The notes below the pieces were generated by a model, which ran no database searches, was not told where the DNA came from, and saw only the letters and a program-made list of their open reading frames with translations. Made by a program: the position numbers and the translations under genes. This document shows, piece by piece, positions 1 through 9,923 of a stretch of 64,000 nt of DNA; position 1 is the first letter of the stretch; every line of letters starts with the position of its first letter. Origin of the DNA: Candidatus Latescibacterota bacterium (GTDB taxonomy: Bacteria; Latescibacterota; UBA2968; UBA8231). Location: positions 32,001-96,000 of the forward strand of contig CBDAOB010000003.1 of assembly GCA_965197905.1 (NCBI GenBank). Reading direction: 5' to 3'.

Positions 1-1
1 T

Positions 2-544
2 GGCGGGCGCGCTAGCCTCGACGGAGACGACGCTGTGCAAGCCCACGGCCAGAACACCGAAAACGCCCCGATCGAGGAGATCGAGATCAACTACCCGCTG
101 CGCATCACCCGCTATGAGTTGGTCGACGAATCCGAGGGTGCCGGAAAACAACGGGGCGGCCTTGGTCTGCGCCGGGACTACCTGTTCCCCAACGATGCCT
201 CCTTTACGATCCTGGCCGATCGCGATCGCTGGGGACCCTGGGGATTGTTCGGCGGAGAGGCAGGTCTCAAGGCCCGGTTCGTGCTGAACCCGGATGGCGA
301 CGCACTGGAGCTGGGCTCGAAGACGACCGTGGCCCTCAACCCCGGTGATGTGATCAGCTACCGCACTTGTGGAGGTGGGGGTTATGGTCCGCCCAAACAA
401 CGCGATCCGCAAGCGGTGCTGATCGATGTCCGTGACGGCAAGGTCGGCCTGGAGCGGGCCAGCGATGTCTACGGCGTGGTGATAGACCCAGTAGCCTGGG
501 CAGTGAACGAAGCGGAAACCGCCCGTCTGCGCGGTGGCTCGTAA
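2..544 (+). CDS. Hydantoinase B/oxoprolinase family protein, C-terminal part (5' end outside window)
   Basis: Open frame from base 2 (GGRASLDGDDAVQAHGQNTENAPIEEIE...); motifs GAGKQRGGLG, GLFGG, GGGGYGPP; adjacent to hydantoinase A. Confidence 0.93.
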   Translation, partial: GGRASLDGDDAVQAHGQNTENAPIEEIEINYPLRITRYELVDESEGAGKQRGGLGLRRDYLFPNDASFTILADRDRWGPWGLFGGEAGLKARFVLNPDGDALELGSKTTVALNPGDVISYRTCGGGGYGPPKQRDPQAVLIDVRDGKVGLERASDVYGVVIDPVAWAVNEAETARLRGGS

Positions 545-552
545 ACGCCGAG

Positions 553-2655
553 ATGGCGTATAGACTCGGAATCGACATCGGCGGCACCTTCACCGACGCT
601 ACCCTGCTCGACGAAGAGACCGGTGAGCTGCGCATCGGCAAAGTCCCGTCCACGCCCAAGGATCCGTCAATCGGTTTCATCGAGGCCACCGACAACATCT
701 TGAAAGAAAGGACTGTGAGTGTCGGTGATGTGACCTACATCGTTCACGGCACCACCGTCGCCACCAACGCCATTATCGAAGGCACCGTGGCCCGAACCGG
801 TTTCGTTACGACCGACGGATATCGGGACATGCTGGAGATCGCTCGCCAGATCCGGCCTTCGCTCTACGATCTGCAGTTTCAGAAGCCGAAACCGCTGGTG
901 CCGCGTTACCTGTGCTTCGGCGTGCCCGAACGCCTAGACGCGCAAGGCCAGGTGTTGACGCCATTCGACGAAGACGCGGCGCGCGATATCGCGATCCAGC
1001 TGAAGGAAGAACAGGTCGAGTCGATCGCCGTCTGCCTGCTGCACGCCTACATCAATCCGGCGCACGAACAACAATTGGGTGCCATCATACGAGAGGTCTT
1101 CCCCGAGGCCGTGCTGTCGCTGTCCTCGGAGGTGGCGCCGGAATTTCGCGAGTTCTACCGCGCCAGCACTACGGTCATCAACGCCAGTATCCGGCCGGTG
1201 GTGGCGCGCTATCTCGAACGCATCCAGGACAGACTGCAGAGCGAAGGTTTCGATGCCGAGCTCCTGTTGATGCAAAGCGGTGGCGGCGTTTTCACCTTTG
1301 CCGAAGCGCGTCGCAAACCGGTCTTCATGGTCGAGTCCGGTCCCGCCGCCGGAGTCATCTCGGCCGCCTATCTCGGGGCCGCACTCGGATACAAGGATAT
1401 CATCTCCTTCGATATGGGAGGCACCACCGCCAAGGTTGGCCTCATACAGGACGGGGCGCCCACGGTTACCAAGGAGTACGAGGTGGGAGCAGCCGCCCGC
1501 GCCGGCGTCGGCTCCCAACGCGCAGGTGGCTATCCGATCCGCACACCGGTGATCGACCTGGTTGAGATCGGGGCTGGCGGCGGTTCCATCGCCTGGGTCG
1601 ATTCGGGCGGTATCCTGCGGGTAGGACCTCGGAGCGCCGGCGCCGACCCCGGGCCGGTTTGTTATGGACAAAGCGGCACCGAGCCGACTATTACCGATGC
1701 CAATCTCGTGTTGGGGCGGTTGCAACCGGATCTGTTCCTCGGCGGCAGGATGCAGCTGGATGTGAACGCGGCGCGGCAGGCGATCGAAGGGAAATGCGCG
1801 AAGCCTCTGGGAATGGATCTCGTTGAAGCGGCCCACGGTATCGTCGAGATCGCCAACGCTGCCATGGTCAACGCCCTGCGCCTGGTTTCGGTGCAACGTG
1901 GGTACGATCCAAGAGAGTTTGTGCTGGCGGCCTTTGGTGGCGCCGGCCCGGTGCACGCCAACCGGCTCGCGGCCGAAACCGAGATGCCGACACTAATCGT
2001 GCCCATGAGTCCCGGCACCTTCTCCTCCCTGGGACTGCTGGTAACCGATCTCAGGCACGATTTCTCGACCACCTGGATCCAGCGTCTCGACGAGCTCGAT
2101 GCGGTAGGTTTGGAAACCGCCTATGCCGCGCTCGAGGAGCAAGGTCGCGCGGCGCTGGAGCGTGAAGGAGTGTCGATGCAGGACTGCGAGTTCGCGCGCC
2201 AGCTCGATATGCGCTTCGTGGGACAGAGCCACGAACTCTCAATTCATGCGCCTAATCGGCGGCTGTCTCCGTCTGACGTCGAGCAGCTTTCGGATCACTT
2301 CCTAAAGGAGCACGATCGAGCGTATGGCTTCAGCGCTCCGGACGAACCGGTCGAACTGGTGAATCTGAGATTGACGGCGATAGGCAAGATCACCAAACCT
2401 AAGTCGCGGGAGCTCGGATCGGTCGGGGGCGATCTCGATGATGCACAGAAGGGAATGCGATCGGTCTACTTCGCGGAAACCGAGGGCTACATCGATTGTC
2501 CGGTGTACGATCGGTATCAACTGAGGGCGGGGCAGCTGCTGGTGGGGCCGGCGATCGTCGTGGAGCTGGACGCGACGGCGGTTATCCACCCCGGATATGA
2601 AGCGCGGGTGGATCGATTCGGTAACCTGGTATTCACCGCCACGCCGGGCACTTAG
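553..2655 (+). CDS. Hydantoinase A/oxoprolinase family ATP-dependent subunit
   Basis: GIDIGGTFTD, HGTTVATNA, ESGPAAG, DMGGTT, GAGGGSI, SAGADPGP, FGGAGP motifs; 700 aa. Confidence 0.95.
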   Translation: MAYRLGIDIGGTFTDATLLDEETGELRIGKVPSTPKDPSIGFIEATDNILKERTVSVGDVTYIVHGTTVATNAIIEGTVARTGFVTTDGYRDMLEIARQIRPSLYDLQFQKPKPLVPRYLCFGVPERLDAQGQVLTPFDEDAARDIAIQLKEEQVESIAVCLLHAYINPAHEQQLGAIIREVFPEAVLSLSSEVAPEFREFYRASTTVINASIRPVVARYLERIQDRLQSEGFDAELLLMQSGGGVFTFAEARRKPVFMVESGPAAGVISAAYLGAALGYKDIISFDMGGTTAKVGLIQDGAPTVTKEYEVGAAARAGVGSQRAGGYPIRTPVIDLVEIGAGGGSIAWVDSGGILRVGPRSAGADPGPVCYGQSGTEPTITDANLVLGRLQPDLFLGGRMQLDVNAARQAIEGKCAKPLGMDLVEAAHGIVEIANAAMVNALRLVSVQRGYDPREFVLAAFGGAGPVHANRLAAETEMPTLIVPMSPGTFSSLGLLVTDLRHDFSTTWIQRLDELDAVGLETAYAALEEQGRAALEREGVSMQDCEFARQLDMRFVGQSHELSIHAPNRRLSPSDVEQLSDHFLKEHDRAYGFSAPDEPVELVNLRLTAIGKITKPKSRELGSVGGDLDDAQKGMRSVYFAETEGYIDCPVYDRYQLRAGQLLVGPAIVVELDATAVIHPGYEARVDRFGNLVFTATPGT

Positions 2656-2774
2656 TTGCACGATAATGGTCCAAAAATCGGGTTGGACCTATTTGAAGCC
2701 TCACCCGCGCCTTTCTGGGGGCCTCACTGTTCAATCAATTCAGCCATCGCCAGGCTGCATTCCCCGGCTACGTT

Positions 2775-2905
2775 TCTCAATATCGCCGCGTGGCGCTGAC
2801 GCGATAAAAATCGTGGGACCCCGCTCGAATACCGTGCGCCCGTCCCGTGAGCGCAACAGAACGCCGCCATCGGCCTTGCCCAGGGCATAGTACCAGCCGT
2901 CGCTC
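2775..2905 (-). pseudogene. Possible short relic of a beta-propeller/glycoside-hydrolase-like gene
   Basis: Reads DGWYYALGKADGGVLLRSRDGRTVFERGPTIF, then in a second frame SRQRHAAIL; resembles a propeller blade (RSxDG Asp-box-like); no proper start. Confidence 0.35.
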
Positions 2906-2936
2906 TTTCGTCGCCGCGCTTTGTTCCATGAACCAA

Positions 2937-3770
2937 CTACACGGCTGCGAACTTGTCGCATTCGGCGTTCAGGCGGTCGGGGTCGCCGGGGCCGCCATGG
3001 ACGAAGATGCGGTACTTCAACGCGAGCCGATCTTCTTTTGCCAGCTCGATGGGACCGGTGAAGTAGTTGTAGTTGGGAGATAGAGGGCCGTAGTCGCGGG
3101 CGAACCAGTGTGCCGGCACCGGGTTGGATGGGTGATCGAAGATCGCCAGTCCGATCAGCTGGCCGTTGGTCTCGGCGGTTTCGTCGACCCAGCGCGCCGC
3201 TTTGCCGAACATCTCCTTCTCGCCGTGTCGGCCTTCGCTGTCAGTGAGCAGACCTCCGTGAACGGCGACCAGCCAGTCGGCGGGGCGCACCAACGGCATG
3301 CCAGATTCGTTGGTGGGGTGCAGTGTCACCGGGATGGATACCGGGCGCAGATCGATGGTGACGTCGAGATAGAGCTCGCCATCTTCCAGGATTTCCCAAC
3401 GACACGTGCGGGTATCGACCAGCAGCTGGTTCCCGTCGGGCAGGATCCACTCACTGTCGTGCGACAGCATACCCACGTTGCTGTGGGTTTCGATGTAGAC
3501 ATCGCCAACGAGCGCGATCTTGCAGCGGGTGCGCGTTTCGCGATAGGTGTAAAAATCAAGATCTTCGTTGACTACTCCGTGGGAGTAGCAGACGCCGTGG
3601 TGGTGGAGGTGATCCGGTGGCTGGTCTTCGAGGACGTTGCGTTTGCCCGGACCCAGCAGGCAGGTGACGTGGGGATATTGATCCGCGTGCCAGACGTAGC
3701 GCGAGAGGGTTGTTTTGCCGGCGGTCAGGTTTATCACCGTAGGTGTTTCTCTAACAAACGATAGTGCCAT
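2937..3770 (-). CDS. DUF6807/PmoA-like family protein (not methane monooxygenase)
   Basis: Motifs PPDHLHHHG, DSEGRHGE, ARWVD, AIFDHPSN, WFARDYG, LKYRIFVH; ATG at 3770 after a GAGG RBS. Confidence 0.8.
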   Translation of the reverse strand: MALSFVRETPTVINLTAGKTTLSRYVWHADQYPHVTCLLGPGKRNVLEDQPPDHLHHHGVCYSHGVVNEDLDFYTYRETRTRCKIALVGDVYIETHSNVGMLSHDSEWILPDGNQLLVDTRTCRWEILEDGELYLDVTIDLRPVSIPVTLHPTNESGMPLVRPADWLVAVHGGLLTDSEGRHGEKEMFGKAARWVDETAETNGQLIGLAIFDHPSNPVPAHWFARDYGPLSPNYNYFTGPIELAKEDRLALKYRIFVHGGPGDPDRLNAECDKFAAV

Positions 3771-3908
3771 GGTAAACCTCAAGTAGTGAAAACGGACGGC
3801 CCCAGGCGATAAGGTAGGGAAATCGCTTGTGGAATTCATCTGACCGACCGTTCCGAGACGGAGAACAGAGTACACTTTTCGCCACGGCCGACAGCTACGT
3901 AGACTTGC

Positions 3909-6900
3909 CTAGCGGTTGTCGGTCGCACCCACTTCCGCTCGTCCGGCTCGTGGGCGCGAAACGCCGGAGCGCACGAGCCGCCTTACTGCGATACGTAGAT
4001 CCTCGAACAGCGTGTAGCAAAGCGGTACGATCACCAGGGTCAGAAACATGGAGGCCAGCAGGCCGCCCATGATGGTGCGACCGAGAGGGGCGTACCCGGT
4101 ACCGGCCACTTTGGTGTTGCCAACCGCCATCGGAATCAACCCGCACACGGTGGTGAAGGTGGTCATAAGGATGGGGCGGAAACGCTGCCGGCCCGCTTCC
4201 ACGAGCGCTTCGCGGATCTCAGTCCCTTGAGCGCGCAGACGGTTGGCCAGGTCGATGAAAACAATAGCGTTGTTCACCACCACGCCAATGAGGATCACCG
4301 TGCCCAACTGAGATAGAAAGTCCATGGGGGTGCCGGTAAGGTAGAGCACCCAGTACACTCCCAGAAACGCGAACGGCACGGATACAATCACCGACAGCGG
4401 CATTACGAACGACTCGAAGAGTACCCCCATGAGCAAAAACACGCACACCACGGCCATGATGATGGCGAACTCCTGTGAACGATCGGCTTCAACAAGCCGT
4501 TCGTAGCGGGCGCCCTTGTCCCAACGGTATCCGCGTGGCATCGCCAATCCTTCCATCGCTTTGTCGACCTGGGCAAAAAGCTCCTTGGCCTCATCCTTGG
4601 TGGCCAGCGCTGTCACTTTGATCAGGGTTTTGTGATCCTGTCGACGGATCTTGCCCAGCGCCCGTTTCGCGTGAAAGGTGGCGATGGCGTCAAGTGGGAT
4701 CAGGCGTTCCTCGTCGCTGGCAAACGTGACGTTGCGCAGCTCGCGTAGGCCGTAGTGATCTGCCTCCTCCAGCTGTAGACGCATCTGCAGCTGGCTGCCG
4801 TTGCCGACAGAGAATCTGCCCGGCTCGAAACCGGAGAGCCGGCCCAGCAGACTCTCGGAAATCTCGCGGGGTGAGATCCCGTAGCGCCGCAGCTTCTCGA
4901 GATCGACACGCACTTGCATTTCCGGCGTGCCGCGATCCATATCGGTGTAGACGGACAGAAGCCCCGGAATGCGGTCCAATCTCCGCTCGACCTCCTCGCT
5001 CAGCCTGGTCAACACATCAAGATCGTGGCCGTAGAGGTGGACGGTGATGGAAGCGTCCTGGTCGGCGGCCTCGAGCGCGTCGCCCCAACGGTAGTTGGCG
5101 ATCAGGTGGGTGCCGGCCGGCAGCGATATACGCTCCTTGATGTCGGCGACGATTGCGTCCGCTTCCATGTAGGGAGACTCCATCAGATCAAGCCACTCCA
5201 GCACGTGATCGAATGCCACCCGGTACCAGGTCAGGTCTTTCTCCGTCGGGAAGACCAGGTTGACATTGCCTTCCCAGTTCTGGCACCACATGTGCATATG
5301 CTCGTAACCGTACTCGAACTGGTGATTGGCTATCGTGTCCTCGACGGCGCGCATGAAACGGTCGGTCTGTTCCAGGGTGTTCCCCGTGGGAAAATTGAAC
5401 ATCATCCGGATATTGCTTCGCCCGCCTTCCTGGGCATCGGTGCGGGCAACACGAGTTTGCGGATAGGTAATTGTGGCCATCACTGCGAGAACCAGAATCG
5501 ACGCGTCCAGTCGGTGGTCGAGCACCCAGCGCAACCAATGCAGATACCGCGAACGCAACTTGACGATCCCGCCGCCTTCGGTCCGCCGGCCGCGAATACC
5601 CAGGCGCTCCACCGCCAGGGGAATCAATACGAGGGCGATGATCAGCGAAGCCAGCAGACCGAACACAACCGGCAAGCCGATGCGAAGCATTGAGAACACA
5701 AAATCCTGGTCATCGCTCATCAGGATCAACGGCAGAAAGACGACCACAGTTGTGAGCGTGGCCATGGTGACCGCGAGTCCGACCTCGCCGGCTCCCTGGA
5801 TGGAAGCTTCACGTGCAGGGACGCCTGATTGCCGCTTGTGGAATATGTTCTCGACGATGACTATGGCGTTGTCCATCACCAAGCCCAAGCTCAGCATCAA
5901 GCCCAACATGTTGGCCGAGTTCAACGTCCAGCCGATCAGGTAGATGGCGATAACGGTGGCCAGGAGGGAAAGCGGCACGGCGGCGGAAATGACCAGGGTC
6001 ATGCGCAGGGTGCGCACAAAGAGGAAGAGCACGATGCCGGCAAAGAGCCCGCCCCACATGAGCGAGCTCTTGAGGTTGTTGATGGATTGCAACACGTGCT
6101 CCGACTGATCCCACACGATTTCCACATCGAAGTCCGCGAACTCGGGCCGTTCACTGGCTTCCCTAAGTACTTCGCGTGCTGCCTGGGAGATCGCTACAAG
6201 ATTTCCGTTGGAGGTTCGGCGCACCGCAATCCAAAGAAGCTGTTGGCCGTCTACGCGATTGATGGAACGGCGTTTCTCCGGTTTGAGCTGAACCGATGCA
6301 ACGTCCCCCAGTCGCAGATTCTCCCGGTCATGCAGGGTGAGCTTGCGGATCTCCTCCAGCGAGCTGAATCGGCCTTGAGACCGCACTTGTAGCTGACGTC
6401 CGCCTTCGACGAGCCGGCCACCGGACAATCTGAAATTCTGGTCCCGAAGCAACCGGAGGTACTCGGCCACGTCGACTCCGTGTCCCCTGACTTTATCCTC
6501 ATCAAGCTCGATCACAACCTCGTCACGACCCGGTCCGTAGATCTCCACGTTGGCGACGCCCTGAATGCGCTCCAGCCGCGGCCTTACCTGCGTTTCCAGC
6601 AGATAGTTAGCGTAGCGGATGTCGCCGTCGTATCTGGCCGAAACCCACATAACTCCGGCATTGCTGCCTTGGAAGTGCACGACGTTGGCATCGACGTTCT
6701 CAGGCCACCGAGACCGCAACTGGTCGACGACCTCCCACAACTCTCTCCGGGCACGATCGGTGTCGGTGTTGGGGCGACATTGCAGCTTGGCGTGGAACTG
6801 GGCGTGGGCGCAGACGGTCTCGAGGTACTTCACCCAGTTGAGGGCGCCCAGCGCGTCTTCCGAATACGGCATGAAAGCACGTTGCACATCGGCGGGGCTG

Positions 6901-7121
6901 GCGTGTTTCCAATAGACATTGATGAATAGCCAGTCGTGTTCCCAGCCCTCCGGGTGCATGCTCAGCGGAATGCGACTGTACGCGATGTACCCGACCACGA
7001 GCAGTGCCAACAGCACCATCACTACGGTGACTGGACGCCCTACAGACATCCGCGCCAGGCTGTACCTGCGATTCTTCTCCCCGACGACGAGGTGTTCTGT
7101 TTCAGTCGATGGAGCCGTCAT
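3909..7121 (-). CDS. RND-family efflux transporter permease (AcrB/SwrC-like)
   Basis: About 1070 aa; RPVTVVM N-terminal TM, GLVMDNAIVIVEN (TM4), TLTTVVVFLP, GVVVNNAIV (TM10), RFRPILMTT (TM11). Confidence 0.92.
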   Translation of the reverse strand: MTAPSTETEHLVVGEKNRRYSLARMSVGRPVTVVMVLLALLVVGYIAYSRIPLSMHPEGWEHDWLFINVYWKHASPADVQRAFMPYSEDALGALNWVKYLETVCAHAQFHAKLQCRPNTDTDRARRELWEVVDQLRSRWPENVDANVVHFQGSNAGVMWVSARYDGDIRYANYLLETQVRPRLERIQGVANVEIYGPGRDEVVIELDEDKVRGHGVDVAEYLRLLRDQNFRLSGGRLVEGGRQLQVRSQGRFSSLEEIRKLTLHDRENLRLGDVASVQLKPEKRRSINRVDGQQLLWIAVRRTSNGNLVAISQAAREVLREASERPEFADFDVEIVWDQSEHVLQSINNLKSSLMWGGLFAGIVLFLFVRTLRMTLVISAAVPLSLLATVIAIYLIGWTLNSANMLGLMLSLGLVMDNAIVIVENIFHKRQSGVPAREASIQGAGEVGLAVTMATLTTVVVFLPLILMSDDQDFVFSMLRIGLPVVFGLLASLIIALVLIPLAVERLGIRGRRTEGGGIVKLRSRYLHWLRWVLDHRLDASILVLAVMATITYPQTRVARTDAQEGGRSNIRMMFNFPTGNTLEQTDRFMRAVEDTIANHQFEYGYEHMHMWCQNWEGNVNLVFPTEKDLTWYRVAFDHVLEWLDLMESPYMEADAIVADIKERISLPAGTHLIANYRWGDALEAADQDASITVHLYGHDLDVLTRLSEEVERRLDRIPGLLSVYTDMDRGTPEMQVRVDLEKLRRYGISPREISESLLGRLSGFEPGRFSVGNGSQLQMRLQLEEADHYGLRELRNVTFASDEERLIPLDAIATFHAKRALGKIRRQDHKTLIKVTALATKDEAKELFAQVDKAMEGLAMPRGYRWDKGARYERLVEADRSQEFAIIMAVVCVFLLMGVLFESFVMPLSVIVSVPFAFLGVYWVLYLTGTPMDFLSQLGTVILIGVVVNNAIVFIDLANRLRAQGTEIREALVEAGRQRFRPILMTTFTTVCGLIPMAVGNTKVAGTGYAPLGRTIMGGLLASMFLTLVIVPLCYTLFEDLRIAVRRLVRSGVSRPRAGRAEVGATDNR

Positions 7122-7224
7122 ATGCCTTCTTTTGCGTGGACGGTAAGGGCATCCTAAGCTTAACATGCCCTGGAACAACCGGCACACCCGTCTTGGGTGA
7201 GCCGACCCCTGATAGCTCTGCCAA

Positions 7225-8763
7225 ATGCACAACGTCGACGACGTCCGACAGTTCGACAGTGCGCTCAAGAAGCGCATCAGCGGTTTCCGCGAGAAGCTCG
7301 CCGATTGGCTGGCGCCAAACCGCCTGACTCTCGCGGAAGCGCGTGTACAGAAGGTGCTGATCCCGATGGTGGGCGTCTACACGCCGGGATGGCAGGCACT
7401 GCCGGCGTTCTCCTGGGAATTCGTCGAGCTGATCACCAACGAAGGCTTGGTCGGTACCGGCGAATGGGCGGTGGCGCTGGACGACCGCGCAAAATCCTGC
7501 TTGGAGCGACTGCGCCAGAAGCCAGGCGCCAACCTGCTGGACCTCGACCTGGAAGAACCGCTCTACATGGCCTGGTGGGATCTGGCGGGTCAGGTTCTGA
7601 ACAAACCGTTGCAAGATCTTTGGGCCGAGCTCTTCGAGCGCGATTTCGAACCTCCAACCGCGGTGCCGATGGCGGCCTATACCTGGCAACGCTTTCCCGA
7701 TGCCGACGGTAACAACGCTGTCACCTTCGACAGCTGGCCCGGGCACGCGGCCGAGCGGGCGCGCCAGGGTTTTCCCGCCATCAAGGTTTCCATGACCGCC
7801 TACCAGCCGGAAGAGCACGTGGAGCTGGTGCACGCGATCCGTCAGTCAGTCGGGCTGGACACGGCGATCCGCATCGACGCCCACGGCACCTGGAATTACC
7901 AGGAGGCACGCCGGATCCTGCCGCAGCTCGAAGACTGCAATCTGGAATACATCGAACAACCTATGAACTCCTTGCTGCCGCACGCCTTCTATCCTAAAGA
8001 TGAGGCGGCCGTTGGACAATCACCAGAAAAAGGTGGATTCCAGTCCGAATACTACTTTCGCAAGATGACCGACCTGCGGCAGCTGCTGCGAACTCCGCTT
8101 TCTTGTCACTGGTGGACACCGCCCATCGTACATCCGAAAGGTGCCAGCGTCATGTCGAACCGGTGGGAGCCGCATTGGTACATGATGGAGCGCTACGAAG
8201 CCGCCGACGTTTCGGTGCCCGATATCCTGCTGGGACCCTGGGGTCTGTGGCGGGTGACACAGCTGGCGAAGTTCATGGGCATGCACGTCACCGTGCACAG
8301 CAACTTCGAGCTCTGCCTGCAGCTCTCCTTTCGTGCCGCGATGGTGGCGGCGTTGGTTTACGAATCCGAGAGCGCCGGACTCTACATGGGAACGACGCCG
8401 CGACCGTGCCACCCGATCGACAACGAAACGATCCAGGTGAGCGACGACGTCATTGAAGGAGGTCAGTTCGATTGGACCGGCGGGCACCTGCAGCTGACGG
8501 ACAAACCCGGGCACGGTCAGCGGCTGGATCCGGAACGGGTGCAGAAATATCGGTATTCGCCAGAAGCAGTGGCCCCACACCAGGAGTATGCGCGGCAGCT
8601 GTATCGCACATACCTGCTGGATCGTCCGCGCAGGACGAGCCAGTCCGGCTGGCCCAAACCGCCCGGGCCGGAGACCTTCGCGCGCCATGTCTTCCCATAC
8701 TCGGTGAGAGAGATCCTGGGATCCGAGGACGGGCAAGAAGTCGACATGGAGTTGAATCGTTAA
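7225..8763 (+). CDS. Mandelate racemase/muconate lactonizing (enolase superfamily) protein, glucarate-dehydratase-related and divergent
   Basis: ELITNEGLVGTGE, WDLAGQVLNKPL, GFPAIKV, RIDAHGTW, YIEQP, HSNFE, KPGHG motifs. Confidence 0.85.
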   Translation: MHNVDDVRQFDSALKKRISGFREKLADWLAPNRLTLAEARVQKVLIPMVGVYTPGWQALPAFSWEFVELITNEGLVGTGEWAVALDDRAKSCLERLRQKPGANLLDLDLEEPLYMAWWDLAGQVLNKPLQDLWAELFERDFEPPTAVPMAAYTWQRFPDADGNNAVTFDSWPGHAAERARQGFPAIKVSMTAYQPEEHVELVHAIRQSVGLDTAIRIDAHGTWNYQEARRILPQLEDCNLEYIEQPMNSLLPHAFYPKDEAAVGQSPEKGGFQSEYYFRKMTDLRQLLRTPLSCHWWTPPIVHPKGASVMSNRWEPHWYMMERYEAADVSVPDILLGPWGLWRVTQLAKFMGMHVTVHSNFELCLQLSFRAAMVAALVYESESAGLYMGTTPRPCHPIDNETIQVSDDVIEGGQFDWTGGHLQLTDKPGHGQRLDPERVQKYRYSPEAVAPHQEYARQLYRTYLLDRPRRTSQSGWPKPPGPETFARHVFPYSVREILGSEDGQEVDMELNR

Positions 8764-8777
8764 CGGAGAATTGAGCT

Positions 8778-9707
8778 TTGCCAGATCTCAACGGCGTCGT
8801 TCCGATCATACCGACGCCCTTCAAAGCCACCGACGAATCGGTTGATTTCGAAGCACTGTCACGGCTCGTGCGTTTTGCGGCAGCCATCGAGGTGCCGGCC
8901 GTATGCCTCCCGGCCTACGCCAGCGAGTTCTACAAGCTAAGCGAAGTCGAGCGCTTCGAGATCGTGGGTGCCGCCGTCGAAGCTGCCAACGGCGACGTCG
9001 CGGTTGTGGCCCAGTCCAACCATCCATCAGCGCTACAAGCGGCCGAAATAGCACGACGCAACGCCGATCTGGGCGCCGACTTCATTTCCTTCGCCATGCC
9101 CCGCATCTTCTCTGTGACCCCGGACGATCTTCTGGGGTATTGCAAAACGATTTGCGACGCTGTAGATCTGCCGGTGTTGATCCAGGACTTCAACCCGGGC
9201 GGCCCGACGGTGGGGGGCGCATTTTGTGCCGATCTGCGCCAGGCTTGCACCAACTTCCGCTACATCAAGCTGGAAGAACCGCTCATGGGTGAGAAGGTTA
9301 CGCAGATCCGTGAGGCCACTGAGGATCGGATCGGGGTGTTGGAAGGATGGGGAGGGATCTACGTGTTGGAACTCTTGCCGTACGGCATCTGCGGCTTGAT
9401 GCCTGGTCTTGCCGCCGCCGATCTGCTCGCGAGCATCTGGCAGTCAGGTAAGGTGGGTGAGGAAGAGGCGGCTCTGGATCTCTTTCAGATGTTGCTCCCG
9501 CAGCTGGTCTTCAGTCTGCAGAACATGGAGCTGTTCCTGCACATCGAAAAACGCCTGCTGGTGGACAGGGGTCTGTTGACCGAACCCATGGTTCGCAGCC
9601 CCACCTTTACGCCAAGTGAACAGTTGCTGGCTTACGGGGACACCTTGAACAGGCGGGTATTGAAGGCGCTCGACACCTGTGGATTGTCGCGGGCTTCCGC
9701 GAAATAG
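8778..9707 (+). CDS. Dihydrodipicolinate synthase/N-acetylneuraminate lyase family aldolase or dehydratase
   Basis: GVVPIIPTPF, ASEFYKLS, LIQDF, YIKLE (Schiff-base Lys); 14 bp after the enolase gene. Confidence 0.88.
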   Translation: MPDLNGVVPIIPTPFKATDESVDFEALSRLVRFAAAIEVPAVCLPAYASEFYKLSEVERFEIVGAAVEAANGDVAVVAQSNHPSALQAAEIARRNADLGADFISFAMPRIFSVTPDDLLGYCKTICDAVDLPVLIQDFNPGGPTVGGAFCADLRQACTNFRYIKLEEPLMGEKVTQIREATEDRIGVLEGWGGIYVLELLPYGICGLMPGLAAADLLASIWQSGKVGEEEAALDLFQMLLPQLVFSLQNMELFLHIEKRLLVDRGLLTEPMVRSPTFTPSEQLLAYGDTLNRRVLKALDTCGLSRASAK

Positions 9708-9923
9708 GTATTCGTTGCCTACAGGCTGGACGAGTGCGGCGACGACAGACAGGCTACACCCGCTGTCCAGGGTCGGCTCTCCGATTCACTGGCGCAAAAT
9801 CGAGCCTCGCTTTCGGCTCGGCAGAGACCGCCTTTGGTGGTGTCGTCGATGATGGTCCTTCCTCGATGTAGAAAGAGCTAACCGCGCCAGAATTTCCTCG
9901 TTCCCAGGACTGCTCAAGCGGCA

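Noticed and set aside
2937..3770. PmoA label suggesting methane oxidation
   Set aside because: Soluble DUF6807-type protein without the TM helices of true PmoA; no pmoB/pmoC.
7199..9780. GAGCCGACCC-containing sequences in inverted orientation flanking the enolase-DHDPS pair
   Set aside because: Short, GC-rich and imperfect, with no transposase or target duplication.
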